From the NCBI GenBank assembly GCA_951406725.2, contig OX597842.1, positions 31,248,001 to 31,312,000 of the forward strand: a DNA stretch of 64,000 nucleotides. Direction: 5' to 3'. This stretch comes from Octopus vulgaris (taxonomy: Eukaryota). Shown here piece after piece: positions 40,128-55,330 of this stretch; position 1 is the stretch's first letter; each line of letters starts with the position of its first letter. Made by a program: the position numbers and the translations under genes. The notes below the pieces were generated by a model. It worked only from the letters and a program-made list of their open reading frames with translations. It searched no databases and was not told the DNA's origin.

Positions 40128-40595
40128 CATTATCATCGTTTAGCATCTGCCTTCCATGCTGGCATGGGTGGGTTGGTTTGACAGGAGCCAGCCAGGCAGA
40201 AACTCACACCAGATTTCTGTGACTGTTTTGGCAGGTTTTTACAGCTGGATGCCTTTCCTAACACCAACCACTCAGCAGAGTGGACACACACACAAACACA
40301 CACACAAAAATTATTATTCTTTTTTTCTGTCTTATGAAGATAAATAACCAATGATTTTCTGCTGTCCTTACAGCTTTATTGTATTCAAAATTTAGTTTCT
40401 TGTCAGTAATATATATATATATATATATATATCATCATCATCATCATCGTTTAACGTCTGCTTTCCATGCTAGCATGGGTTGGACGGTTCAACTGGGGTC
40501 TGGGAAGCCTGAAGGCTGCACCAGGCTCCAGTCTTATCTGGCAGTGTTTCTACAGCTGGATGCCCTTCCTAACGCCAACCACTCAGTGAGTGTTG

Positions 40596-40596
<1 letters not shown>
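40128..40596 (-). mobile_element. two RTE LINE 3' UTR fragments
   Basis: (CAT)n-cgtttaacgtc...gatgcccttcctaacgccaaccac at ~40432-40596, and a diverged copy at ~40128-40280. Confidence 0.75.
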
Positions 40597-40650
<54 letters not shown>

Positions 40651-40959
40651 AGAGGGAGGAAGTATATCACTGACTGAAGTTATCCATGGAGAGAAAAACC
40701 CACAGTAACCTTGCTAAAAGGCAAAAATATGAGAGCTAAGGGCCCTCTCTCTTTTTGCTTTATTAGATAGATAGAGAGATTGATAGGTTGATTAATAGAT
40801 AGGTAGATAGATACATAGAGAGAGAGATAAGATAGATAGATGGATTTCTTTATTTTGCCATACAGGGCTTAACACAGAGGGGACAATACAATGTAGAATT
40901 TTTCTTTTTCGAAATCAATCAAAAGGGATCGGAAAATAAGATGTTTTGGCAAGCATGAT

Positions 40960-40979
40960 AGATAGGTAGGTAGGTAGCT

Positions 40980-41010
<31 letters not shown>

Positions 41011-41625
41011 TAGATACATAGATAGATAGATAGAGGGACAGATAGATAGATAGATAGGTATGTAGGTAGGTAGGTAGGTAAGTAGCTAGCTAGCTAGATA
41101 GATAGATAAGGTAGACAGATAGATAGATAGATACATAGATAGATAGAGGAATAGATAGATAGACAGGTAAGTAGTTAAGTAGCTATTTAGATAGGTAGGT
41201 AAGTAGCTAGTTAGATAGATAGGTAGGTAGGTAGGTAAGTAGCTAGTTAGATAGATAGATAGGTAGGTAGGTAAGTAGCTAGTTAGATAGATAGATAGGT
41301 AGGTAGGTAAGTAGCTAGTTAGATAGATAGATAGATAGGTAGGTAGGTAAGTAACTAGTTAGATAGATAGATAGGTAGGTAGGTAAGTAGCTAGTTAGAT
41401 AGATAGATAGGTAGGTAGGTAAGTAGCTAGTTAGATAGATAGATAGGTAGGTAGGTAAGTAGCTAGTTAGATAGATAGATAGGTAGGTAGGTAAGTAGCT
41501 AGTTAGATAGATAGATAGGTAGGTAGGTAAGTAGCTAGTTAGATAGATAGATAAGATAGATGGATAAGATAGATAGACAGATAGATAGATAAGATAGATA
41601 GACAGATAGACAGATAGATAGATAA
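40960..41625. repeat. (AGAT/AGGT)n array with ~36-bp higher-order unit
   Basis: Unit gtaagtagctagttagatagatagataggtaggtag repeats about 9 times at ~41195-41550. Confidence 0.9.
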
Positions 41626-42173
41626 ATGGTGGAGAGTAGTGTTAAATAGATTGGTAACAAATTATGAAAAAGCTGAGTAAGTGAATGAATCAATGAAGAT
41701 AATGAAGGAGATTGAAGAAGAAGGAATAGAATGAGATTTAAGGAAGGAAGTGATGTGGTGACTTTGCAACTGTGCAACAGATAATTGCAGGTTGGACAAA
41801 GAAGTCTTCATTCACAGAGAAATGGTTTGGCTCTGGAAGAAATTGCAGGAAGAAGGCAGCAGAGAAGATTATCAGAAGACTGAGTGAGTGTGAGGGAGGG
41901 AATTGGCAAAGAAAGGAAGTTTTGTGAAATGACTGAGAGAGAGAATGAGAAGAGGGGGGGGGTTGAGGTGAAGAATTTGAAGAAGAAGAGGAGGAAGATG
42001 ATGAAGGATTGGGAAAAAAGAATGAAGAGAAGAATTGCAAGAAGAGAAAATGAGAAATGAGAAGAAAATGGAGAAAGGTTTGCAATTGGAAGAGGAACAA
42101 TTACTTGGAGCAGACAGAAATAACCCACAGCATATCTATTATATGTATGTGTATATATGTGTATATATATGTA

Positions 42174-42219
<46 letters not shown>

Positions 42220-42519
42220 CACAGGAGTATATATTAATTTGTAATAATTTGTGTGTGTGTGTGTATATATATATATGTATATATCTGTATATATGTATGT
42301 ATATGTATATGTATGTATGTATGTATATGCATATATATATATATGTTTGTGTGTGTGTGTGTGTGTATATATATGTGTATATGTGTGTATGTGTATGTAT
42401 ATATATATATGTATGTATATATGTGTGTGTATATATATATATGCATGTATATATGTGTGTGTGTGTGTGTATATATATGTGTATATGTGTATGTATATAT
42501 ATATGTATGTATATGTATA

Positions 42520-42563
<44 letters not shown>

Positions 42564-42635
42564 TGTATATATATGTGTGTATATATATATGTGTGTATAT
42601 ATATATGTGTGTGTATGTATATATATATGTGTGTG

Positions 42636-42668
<33 letters not shown>

Positions 42669-43199
42669 TGATTATATATATATATATATATATTTATACA
42701 AGTATGTACACGACTATCTATACCTATATATAGATACATAGGTACACAAATATGTATATATGTATATTTCACATTATTTAATGGCCATTTTCCATGAAGT
42801 TCCTTGCTGCCCTGGGGTGGACAGTACACACACACAAATAGACATATATAGATATCTACACATTTACATATGTATACGTATACACACATACACACACACA
42901 TATATATATGTATGCACATACATACATATGCACACACCACACACACACGGGATCTTATATACATAATGCGTATAAGCCAGGCTCTTTTCCCTAGTTTCAA
43001 AAATAAGAACAGGTAATAAAAATAGTGTGAAACAAGAAACTGTTGAGTGTTGGTGACAGGAAGAGCGTCCAGGTGTCAAAAACCTGCTGCAACAAATTCT
43101 GTCCAACCGATGCCTGCATGGAAAAGAGGATATTAAAGCAATGGTGATGATGATAATGATGATCATCATCATTGTTGTTTAACATCCACTTTTAACAAC

Positions 43200-43851
43200 A
43201 GGCACAGGAGTGGCTGTGTGGTAAGTAGCTTGCTAACCAACCACATGGTTCCGGGTTCAGTCCCACTGCGTGGCATCTTGGGCAAGTGTCTTCTGCTATA
43301 GCCCCGGGCCGACCAATGCCTTGTGAGTGGATTTGGTAGACGGAAACTGAAAGAAGCCCATCATATATATGTATATAAACATATATATATATGTATATAA
43401 ACATATATATATATATATAAATATATATATATATATTGAGGCAAGTGAGGATCAGAATCGAAATCGATCAATGGAAATCGATCAATGGAAATTGCAGATG
43501 TGTTACCAGTGCCGGTGGCATGTAAGAGAACCTTCCGTTTCGCGACCGTTGCCAGCACCGCCCCGTTTCGTGTTCGTTGCCAGCCTCGCCTGGCCCTCGT
43601 GCCGGTGGCACATAAAAAACACCATCCGTTCGTGGCCGTTTGCCAGCTCTGGCTGGCACCAGTGCGGGTGGCACGTAAAAAGCACCCACTACACTCACGG
43701 AGTGGTTGGCGTTAGGAAGGGCATCCAGCCGTAGAAACACTGCCAGATTTGACTGGGCCTGATGAAGCCTTCTGGCTTCACAGACCCCAGCAGAACCGTC
43801 CAACCCATGCTAGCATGGAAAACGGACGCTAAATGATGATGATGATGATGA

Positions 43852-43905
<54 letters not shown>

Positions 43906-44090
43906 GTCTGTGTTTGTCCCCCTAGCATTGCTTGACAACCGATGCTGGTGTGTTTACGTCCCCGTTACTTAGCGGTTTGGCAAAAGAGGCCTCCAAAAAA
44001 GAATAAGTCCCGGGGTCGAGTTGCTCGATTAAAGGCGGTGCTCCAGCATGGCCACAGTGAAATATCTGAAACAAGTTAAAGAGTAAAGAG
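43200..44090 (+). mobile_element. SINE family A split by an RTE 3' UTR insertion (~43440-43855) in its TA microsatellite
   Basis: Head 43200-43343, RTE fragment with GAT tail, SINE 3' half 43900-44090. Confidence 0.85.
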
Positions 44091-44560
44091 TTTCCATGTG
44101 GGCATGCGTTGGATGGTTGAATTGAGGTCTGGCATACCAAAAGGCTGCACCAGGCTCCAATCTCATCTGGCAGAGTTTCTACAGCTGCATGCCCTTCCTA
44201 ATGCCAACCACTCTGAGAGTGTAGCGGGTGTTTTTTATGTGCCACAGGTACGGGAGCCAGTCAGGCAGTGCTTGCATTGACCATGTTCAAATGGTGATTT
44301 TTATGTGCCACCAGCATGGGAGCCAGTCAGGTGGCACTGGCAATGATCACACGCAAATGGTACTTTTTACATACCACCAGCACTGGCATCAACCATGCTG
44401 TCATCAGCCACGACAACGACTTCACTTGCCTCAACAGGTCTTCGCAATGATTGAAGGGTCTTCTCAGATGGGCTGGTTATGCTGTACTGGCCTACACCAT
44501 GGCTATGGTCTCACTTGGCTTGCTGGGTCTTCTCAAGCACAGCATATCTGCAAAGGTATA
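44090..44560 (-). mobile_element. older RTE LINE 3' end fragment
   Basis: tttccatg...gcccttcctaatgccaaccac...tandem units...ggtcttctcaagcacagcatatc. Confidence 0.65.
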
Positions 44561-44747
44561 CATAATGGTAATAAAGATTTCTCCTGTGAGCAGGAACCTG
44601 GAGCATCAAGGCCAGCATCCTTCATCGTCCAGTCTGATCAATTGGTCATCTGATACAGCTGCCAGGTAAATGGCTCCCAAAGCTGGTCTTCATCAGTGAA
44701 ATTGAGACTGGAGGTAGGCCTCTTGTATGTCCAGAATGTGTTTCCAT

Positions 44748-45105
44748 AGGAGCAGGAGTGACTGTGTGGTAAGTAGCTTGCTAACCAACCACATGGTTCC
44801 GGGTTCAGTCCCACTGCGTGGCACCTTGGTCAAGTGTCTTCTGCTATAGCCTTGAGCCAACCAAAGCCTTGTATGTGGATTTGGTAGATGGAAACTGAAA
44901 GAAGCCCGTCGTATATATGTATGTATATATATATATATATATATGCATGTGTGTGTTTGTGTGTCTGTGTTTGTCCCCCTAGCATTGCTTGACAACCAGT
45001 GTTGGTGTGTTTACATCCTCATGAATTAACGGTTCAGCAAAAAAGACTGATAGAATAAGTACTAAGCTTACAAAGAATAATTCCTGGAGTCAATTTGTTG
45101 ACTCC
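44748..45105 (+). mobile_element. SINE family A, 3'-truncated
   Basis: Head and most of the body. Confidence 0.85.
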
Positions 45106-45116
45106 AGGACTTACGA

Positions 45117-47410
<2,294 letters not shown>

Positions 47411-47838
47411 TGAGATAGGGGTTGTAAATGCAACCCTGAAATTTGATTTAGATGTATTTCTCCATTTTCTTATCTTGTATATATATATATATACACAAAT
47501 ATGTATATAGATATATATGTATATATATATACATACACAAACGTGTGTGTGTGTATATGAAATATCTGTCTGCGTGTCTTTGTGGTTCTGAAGCCGAGAT
47601 GTGAGTTTCCATGACGAGGGAGCCTTATTGAATTTCTCAGTGATCTTCCTGCACCAAAGCCTTCGATATTGGTTGGTCTGCTGCGTGTTGAGTGTTGAAG
47701 CAACCGAAATGGGGGTGGGGAAAGAAAAAAAAAGAAAAACCAATTGGTGGAGCTGTAAAGACTTTACTCGAGTCAAACGGACCGTGACACACAAAGTCAC
47801 ACACCTATACTCACACATAGACAAGCATATACACACAT

Positions 47839-47871
<33 letters not shown>

Positions 47872-47973
47872 CACCCACTTCTTTTCCACACGTCTATGCA
47901 AAACTATTATTATAATGTTTTTATATAGACACACACAGAAATACGTATGTGCATATATATATATATATATATA

Positions 47974-48047
<74 letters not shown>

Positions 48048-48089
48048 CATATATATATATATATATATGCATATATATATATATATATA

Positions 48090-48139
<50 letters not shown>

Positions 48140-48264
48140 CATATATATATATATATATATATGTGCATATATATACATATATATATATATATATGCATAC
48201 CTATATGTGTGTATATATATATAGTGTTTTTAGTAATACAAATAAGTATACACACACACTTATA

Positions 48265-48312
<48 letters not shown>

Positions 48313-48866
48313 TATATACATGCATAAATACATGCATGTATATATACACAGATATATGCGTATATAAATATATGGAGAGATACCATAGCATGCTAGGAGT
48401 ATATATGTACATGTGTGTTTGTGTATATCTATATATACACACATACAAACATATATATGTATATATATATATATATATATGTACATATACATGAATATAT
48501 ATATACATATAAATACGTACATATATATATATATATATCTACATACATAAATGAATATGTATATAAATGTGTGTGACGTGTGTGTATGATAATACAAATA
48601 ACTATATACACCCCTTAGGGTAAAAGTATTTAATATGAAATGTTAAGTAATATAAAATATATTTCATGTCAAAACTTCAGTCTATGTATGGCTTCATGCA
48701 TGTGAGCGTATATATATATACACACATACATATATACATATATGTATGTATATATACTTACATATATGTAAATATACTTATATATACATATATATGTATA
48801 TACACACATATATATGCATATATGTATATATATATATATATATACACACACACATATACACATGGA

Positions 48867-48903
<37 letters not shown>

Positions 48904-49231
48904 GCACATATACATATATGTATGTGCATAATAGCTTTTCAAAAATTTTTGTGCTTGCTTATGTGTATATATGTGTATATTAGCAAAAGTGTATATAAAC
49001 TTATATATACACTGACATTTACAGGTACCAAAATTTCATACACAGATGCACACACACACACACACACAGGTACATACAAACGCACTAATGAATAAATACG
49101 CACTTCCCCACATATCGTAATACATACACACACACAAATGCATTCGCGTATCGTATACACACTCATGTATGTTATGAATGTATATTCAAAGATTAACGAA
49201 TAAAGATGCACACATATGTGTGTGTATGTAG

Positions 49232-49263
<32 letters not shown>

Positions 49264-49340
49264 ATACATATGCAATGTATGTACGCACAAACACTAACAC
49301 ATGGAAACATACATACATGTATGTATACGTATACCGATGC

Positions 49341-49371
<31 letters not shown>

Positions 49372-49414
49372 TACATACATACATACATACATATATTTAT
49401 ATATATATATCTAT

Positions 49415-49447
<33 letters not shown>

Positions 49448-49508
49448 TATATATACATACATACATACATATATTTATATATATATATATATATACATAC
49501 ATACATAC

Positions 49509-49579
<71 letters not shown>

Positions 49580-49634
49580 CATACATACATATATATATAT
49601 ATACACACATACATACATATATATATATATATAC

Positions 49635-49665
<31 letters not shown>

Positions 49666-49668
49666 TAC

Positions 49669-49711
<43 letters not shown>

Positions 49712-50169
49712 CATACATATATATATACATACATACACATATATATACATACATACACATATATATATACATACATACATACATATATATATGTATATAC
49801 ATGTGTGTGTGTGTGTGTATATATATATACACACATGTAGATAGAGCGAAGCTTGAGTTCAATGAAGAGAAAGCAAGGGAGAGAGAGAGAGGAAGGGAGA
49901 AGGAAAGATAGATTAGAGAGAGAAGGGGGGTGAGGGTGAAAGGCAGAGCAATATCTATGAACGAAAGGAGCTTGACCCTTTTTAAAAAGCTGGGAAGGGG
50001 GTGGGGAGGAAATCCCTTCAACCGACCAAAGTTGGTTGTTTTTGTAGAAGAAATGAAGAAAGCGAAACCCCCCCCCCCCCCGAGAAGTTGGCAAATCAAT
50101 CAACAGATTAAAGGAATTTCCAAGTGGTTGGGGGGGAGGGGCACCACCAACATCCCTGTTGCCATCAAT

Positions 50170-50745
50170 GTCTCCGTCATCAACACCACCATCATCATCA
50201 TCTTCCTTATCATTATCGTGATGACCACCACCACTGCCGCTCCCCACCATCATTGTATCAACACCACCATCATCACCACCTCCACCACCACCAGCATCAC
50301 CACCACAACCGCCACTGCCACTACCATCACAACTACCTCCACCACCACAACCGCCACCACCACTACCACAACCACCACCACAACCGCCACTGCCACTACC
50401 ATCACAACTACCTCCACCACCACCAACAACAACACCACTACCACAACAGCCACCACCACCACCAACAACAACAACACCACCACATCCGCCACCACCACTA
50501 CCATCACAACTACCTCCACCACCACCAACAACAACACCACCACAACCGCCACCACCACTACCACCACAACTACCTCCACCACCACCAACAACAACACCAC
50601 AACCGCCACCACCACTACCACCACAACTACCTCCACCACCACCAACAACAACACCACCACTGCCGCCCCCACCACTACCATCACAACTACCACCACCACC
50701 ACCACCAACAACAACACCACCGCTAACACCACACCACCACAGCCA
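50170..50745. repeat. (ACC/AAC)n trinucleotide repeat with ~57-60-bp higher-order unit
   Basis: acaactacctccaccaccaccaacaacaac recurs. Confidence 0.92.
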
Positions 50746-51110
50746 CCTCTGTATGTACAAGGGAGACCAAAATCCAATTTGGTAAAATGGAATTAAAAAA
50801 AGTCCCCACATATCAAAGCCAACCGTTTTGTGTTACGGTCGTATTGGTTTTTTTTGTATAAAATATATTTAAGATGCAGAACTGCATATATATGTGTGTG
50901 TGTGTTTGCATATATGCATGTGTATATATATGTGTATATATATGTGTGTGTATGAATGTTTAAAATATATTTTGTTTTGTTGGTTGGTTGCTAAGGTCTT
51001 CATTTTCTTCTTTTTCTAATGTGGACTATTATCATTTGTCGTCTTTGAATGGTCTTGCATTCAAAGAGGCAAAGAAGCTGCATATATATATATATATATA
51101 CATACATACA

Positions 51111-51144
<34 letters not shown>

Positions 51145-51470
51145 ACTAATGTAGGATAAAACTTTTTGGGAAAAAAATTTTATCAATGGCCAGCATATCA
51201 AAAAATACCTTTAAATGTTAGATTTATAAATAATTTACAAAATAAGGGCAGAAGAAAAATTCTAATGCTAAATATGCCGAAAAAAGACAAAACTTTTCAA
51301 TAACCATTATAATTTATGCGTCTCGAATCAAACCGATAGAAATTTCTAAAAAAATCCGTTATTACCATATTGGTCCCAATTTCGGGGTTAATTTATAAGA
51401 ATTTTCCCCTCTTCAGCGATAAATTCGTGGGATATAAGTGAAATACTTACTCATACCCATGGAAAAAATG
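51145..51470 (-). mobile_element. Penelope-like pLTR fragment
   Basis: Reverse complement of the 13171-13385 element; contains a hammerhead motif. Confidence 0.7.
51362..51422 (-). ncRNA. minimal type I hammerhead ribozyme motif, core intact
   Basis: Minus strand ttatcg-CTGAAGA-GGGG(aaaattcttataaattaa)CCCC-GAAA-TTGG ga CCAA-TA-tggtaa. Confidence 0.72.
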
Positions 51471-51560
51471 TATGTATAGATATATATCTATATATATTTA
51501 TATATATATATATATATACATGCATACATATACACACGTGTGTGTTTTTGTGTGTGTATG

Positions 51561-51595
<35 letters not shown>

Positions 51596-51612
51596 GCACA
51601 CACACATATATA

Positions 51613-51776
51613 TGACAGGCTTCTTTCAGTTTCCGTCTGCTAAATCTATTCACAACACTTTGTTCGGCCTGAGGCTATGATAGAAGATTTTTGACCCAGG
51701 TGCCATGCAGTGGGACTGAATCCAGAGCCATGTTGTTGGGAAAGAAACCTTTTACCACACAGCCACGCCAGTGCCT
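51613..51776 (-). mobile_element. SINE family A head, diverged
   Basis: gacaggcttctttcagtttccgtctg...ccacacagccac. Confidence 0.75.
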
Positions 51777-52257
51777 ATGTGGAACAGAGGCGATGTTAGA
51801 TTAAAGCAGCCATCTGTGTATCATACTGAATGCAAATGCATGATTGAGGTGAGGTCACTGCTGTAACTTTAATAATATTGGAATTGAAAGATGAAAGGAA
51901 AGGAAACGATATAATTGGAAGAAGACACAACACGAATGGTACGGAATCAGGGGATCACCATGGGGAAAAATGTTAGAATAGATTCCTTTAATTTCGGGAT
52001 TCAAAGCTTTTGATTCATTCATCGGCTCAAAATGCAGTGATCTGATTTAATTGGAGGCTTTTGATGTGGTGGCCACTTCACTCGATTGAAAGTTGTCATC
52101 GGTGTTTGTGTTTAAAGCCGGGTCAATCATCTTTGATTTAGAAACGAAACAATTTTCTAAATTTCAGATATTGAAAATAGAAGTGGGGGTGGCTGAGGGG
52201 AGAAAAATTAATCTTGACAATATATCTTGTCACGTATTGAGATTATCATCTTCATTT

Positions 52258-52895
52258 CTAGCCTTTACCATCCAGATTATTCTATCAAACGTAAAATCCT
52301 TATTTGTTCCCATTGTTTGGGATTAATCATGGATTATCTCATAGCTTTGAGATTTCAATGATGTGATTGTTTATTTGTAGACTGACATTGTAGGGTAGGT
52401 GTGAGAGGTTGGATCTGGTCAGTTTGAACATAAAACAAGTTAGAATATTTGGGCCAAATATGGATGATTTAGACGTGAAAGGGATGTATGTATGTGTGTG
52501 TGTATGTGTGTATGCATGCATGTACGCAAGTGCATGTGTGTGTGTGCGTGTGTGTGTGTGTTTAACTGTTTAGCATCCAGATTATTCTGTTAAATGCAAA
52601 GTATATTAATTCACTTTGATTTGAATTAATCCTGGATTATCTCATAGCTTTGGGATTTCAATGATGTGATTGTTTATTTGTAGACTGACATTGTAGGGTA
52701 GGTGTGAGAGGCCAAATCTGACTAGTCGCAGGAGTGGCTGTGTGGTAAGTAGCTTGTTTACCAATCGCATGGTTCCGGGTTCAGTCCCACTGTGTGGCAT
52801 CTTGGGCAAGTGTCTTCTGCTATAGCCCCAGGCCGACCAAAGCCTTGTGAGTGGATTTGGTAGACGGAAACTGAAAGAAGCCTGTCGTATATATG

Positions 52896-52936
<41 letters not shown>

Positions 52937-53471
52937 GCGTGTGTGTGTTTGTGTATCTGTGTTTGTCCCCCTAGCATTGCTTGACAACCGATGCTGGTGT
53001 GTTTACGTCCCCGTTACTTAGCGGTTCAGCAAAAGAGACAGATAGAATAAGTACTAGGCTTACAAAAGAATAAGTCCCGGGGTCGATTTGCTCGACTAAA
53101 AGGCGGTGCTCCAGCATGGCTGCAGTCAAATGACTGAAACAAGTAAAAGAGTAAAGGCGGTGCTCCAGCATGGCCGCAGTCAAATGACTGAAACAAGTAA
53201 AAGAGAAAGAGAAAGAGAGAGAGTCCGAGCATAAAACATGCAGAATGTTTGGGCTCTGGATATGACTGGTTTAAATGCTGAAGGGGTACATGTCTGGTAT
53301 GTGTAACCCTTTAGCATTATCTCATAGCTTTGGGATTTCAATGATGTGGTTGTTTAGTTTTAGACTGACATTGTAGGGTAGGTGTGAGAGGCTGGATCCG
53401 GCTGCTTTGGGCATAAAACAAGGAGAATATTTTGCAAGTAACGTCTAGTCAGTTTAAAAGGTAAAGGGTTT
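52258..53471. mobile_element. cluster of piggyBac-like MITE copies
   Basis: The core ttatctcatagctttg.gatttcaatgatgtg...gtagggtaggtgtgagagg occurs at ~52330, ~52635 and ~53317; ends of type aaccctttagcatt / aaagggtt; one copy is split by SINE A. Confidence 0.7.
52724..53205 (+). mobile_element. SINE family A, full length with duplicated 3' tail
   Basis: The tail aaaggcggtgctccagcatgg...aaacaagtaaaagag occurs twice (~53098-53152, ~53153-53205). Confidence 0.92.
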
Positions 53472-53734
53472 ACTGCTCAAGGGCATAAGTACCAGTTGCA
53501 TACTGGGGTCGATCTAATCAACTGCACCCCTCCAAAAAAAATTTCAGGCCTTGTGCCCACAGTAGAAAAGAATATTGGTGAATTTCATGAAGTAAGGAAT
53601 ATTTCAAGGGATACAGTGTCCTGATAGTTAACATCTGGCTCAGAAAGTTTACAATTGCAGCGTGGAAGGTGTTTGTAAGCCATTTAAGAAACACACAAAA
53701 ACTGTTTGATTCACTTCAACATTTAAGTTTAATT

Positions 53735-53915
53735 TACTCTTTTACTTGTGTCAGTCATTTGACTGCGGCCATGCTGGAGCACTGCTGGACCCCAGGACTT
53801 ATTCTTTGTAAGCCTAGTACTTATTCTATCGGTCTCTTTTTTGCCGAACCGCTAAGTGACGGGGACGTAAACACACCAGCATCGGTTGTCAAGCAATGCT
53901 AGGGGGACAAACACA

Positions 53916-53981
<66 letters not shown>

Positions 53982-54445
53982 AGTAGTTGAATGAATTATC
54001 TTGTTATGGATAATTCGGTTAACCGATACCTGGGTAGCAAATTCACATCAGAGAAGACACGGTTGAAGTTACGTGCTTTTGTGTGGAAATTTGTATGTTT
54101 TTTTAAAATATATAAATAAATGAAAGAATGGAGTTGAATGACGAATTAACAAAATTCCTTTATTTTCGACATATGTTTCGAAGGCTGCATATTCCTAATT
54201 GCAAAGGAATAAGGAGTACATTATGCCGCTTTCTCACCAGGAAAAGCAAGGAACTTATGTCAACATCAAGATGCACATACCTATATACAACAGGCTTCTT
54301 TCAGTTTTCTTTTACCAAATCCACTCACAAGGTTTTGGTCGGCCCGAGGCTATAGTAGAAGACACTTGTCCAAGGTGCCACGCAGTGGGACTGAACCCAG
54401 AACCATGTGGTTGGTAAGCAAGCTACTTACCACACAGCCACTCCT
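53735..54445 (-). mobile_element. SINE family A split by a Penelope-like fragment (~53980-54285)
   Basis: Tail half 53735-53920, head 54288-54445. Confidence 0.85.
54163..54245 (-). ncRNA. minimal type I hammerhead ribozyme motif (one core substitution)
   Basis: Minus strand ttttc-CTGGTGA-gaaagcggcata...tatgcagccttc-GAAA-CATATG-TC-gaaaa; GUC cleavage triplet; A6 is changed to G. Confidence 0.75.
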
Positions 54446-54720
54446 TCAAAATATTTTCGTCACTTTGAGACCGCGACCTCTTCACTGACAAAATTTTGAG
54501 ATGCAGCACGAAGCTTTGCCAGTGAAGAAGTCGCGGTCTCAAAGTGACGAAAATATTTTGACAAATTAAACTTAAAGTGAATCGAACGGCTTTTGTGTGT
54601 TTCTTAAATGGCTTATAAACACCTTCCACGCTGCAATTGTTTTCGTTTCAGTACATGATCTCAGATCAGGTCACTTGCTATGCAAGTACATCTATGTAAT
54701 TCAGAAAGTTTATTCTGGGT

Positions 54721-54892
54721 TTATCCCTTTAGCATTCAGCTTCCTCCATCAAATGTTATGTTCATTAATTCATATTGTTTCCTATTAATCATGCATTATC
54801 TTGTAGCTTTGAGATTTCAATGATGTGGTTGTTTATTTTCCAAATGGCTATCTAGAATATTTGGGATGGTCATGGTCAGTTTAAATGCTAAC
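54721..54892. mobile_element. piggyBac-like MITE, diverged
   Basis: ccctttagcattc...ttaaatgcta; same core as other copies. Confidence 0.6.
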
Positions 54893-54931
54893 AGATCTGA
54901 CGATTCTGAGGGAAAATATCTCCAAAAGTCA

Positions 54932-55330
54932 TGGTATGATCATGTGATGCGTATGGATGAGGACGGCTGTGTAAAGAAGTCCCAGTCTCTGAGAGTGGAG
55001 GGAACCTGTAGAAGAGGCAGACCAATCTGATTTGTCAAGGTTTCTACAGCTGGATGCCCTTCCTAATGCCAGTCCCTCTGAGAATGCTCTGGGTACGTTT
55101 TACGTGCCACCGGCACAGGGGCCAGTCAGGTGGCACTGGCATTGGTCACACTCAGATGATGCTTTTTATGTGCCACCTGCACAGGGGCCAGTCAGGTGGC
55201 ACTGGCATTGGTCACACTCAGATGATGCTTTTTATGTGCCACCAGCAACGGGTGCCAGTCAGGTGGCACTGGCATTGGTCGCACTCAGATGGTGCTTTTT
55301 ATGTGCCACCAGCAACGGGTGCCAGTCAGG
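54932..55330. mobile_element. RTE LINE pieces in opposite orientations
   Basis: Plus strand WYDHVMRMDEDGCVKKSQSLRVEGTCRRGRP (54932-55023) abuts a minus-strand 3' UTR with ~4 tandem ~65-bp units. Confidence 0.7.

Larger units (their letters stand above)
53652..54700. mobile_element. palindromic (inverted pLTR-like) element with 12-bp TSD, interrupted by SINE A
   Basis: Arms 53651-53735+54446-54495 vs 54515-54640; TSD tcagaaagttta at 53640-53651 and 54701-54712. Confidence 0.8.

Noticed and set aside
41780-41890. Possible exon (ttgcag...gtgagt) in a purine-rich region
   Set aside because: Stops occur in the plausible frames and no recognisable protein is encoded; such signals are expected by chance.
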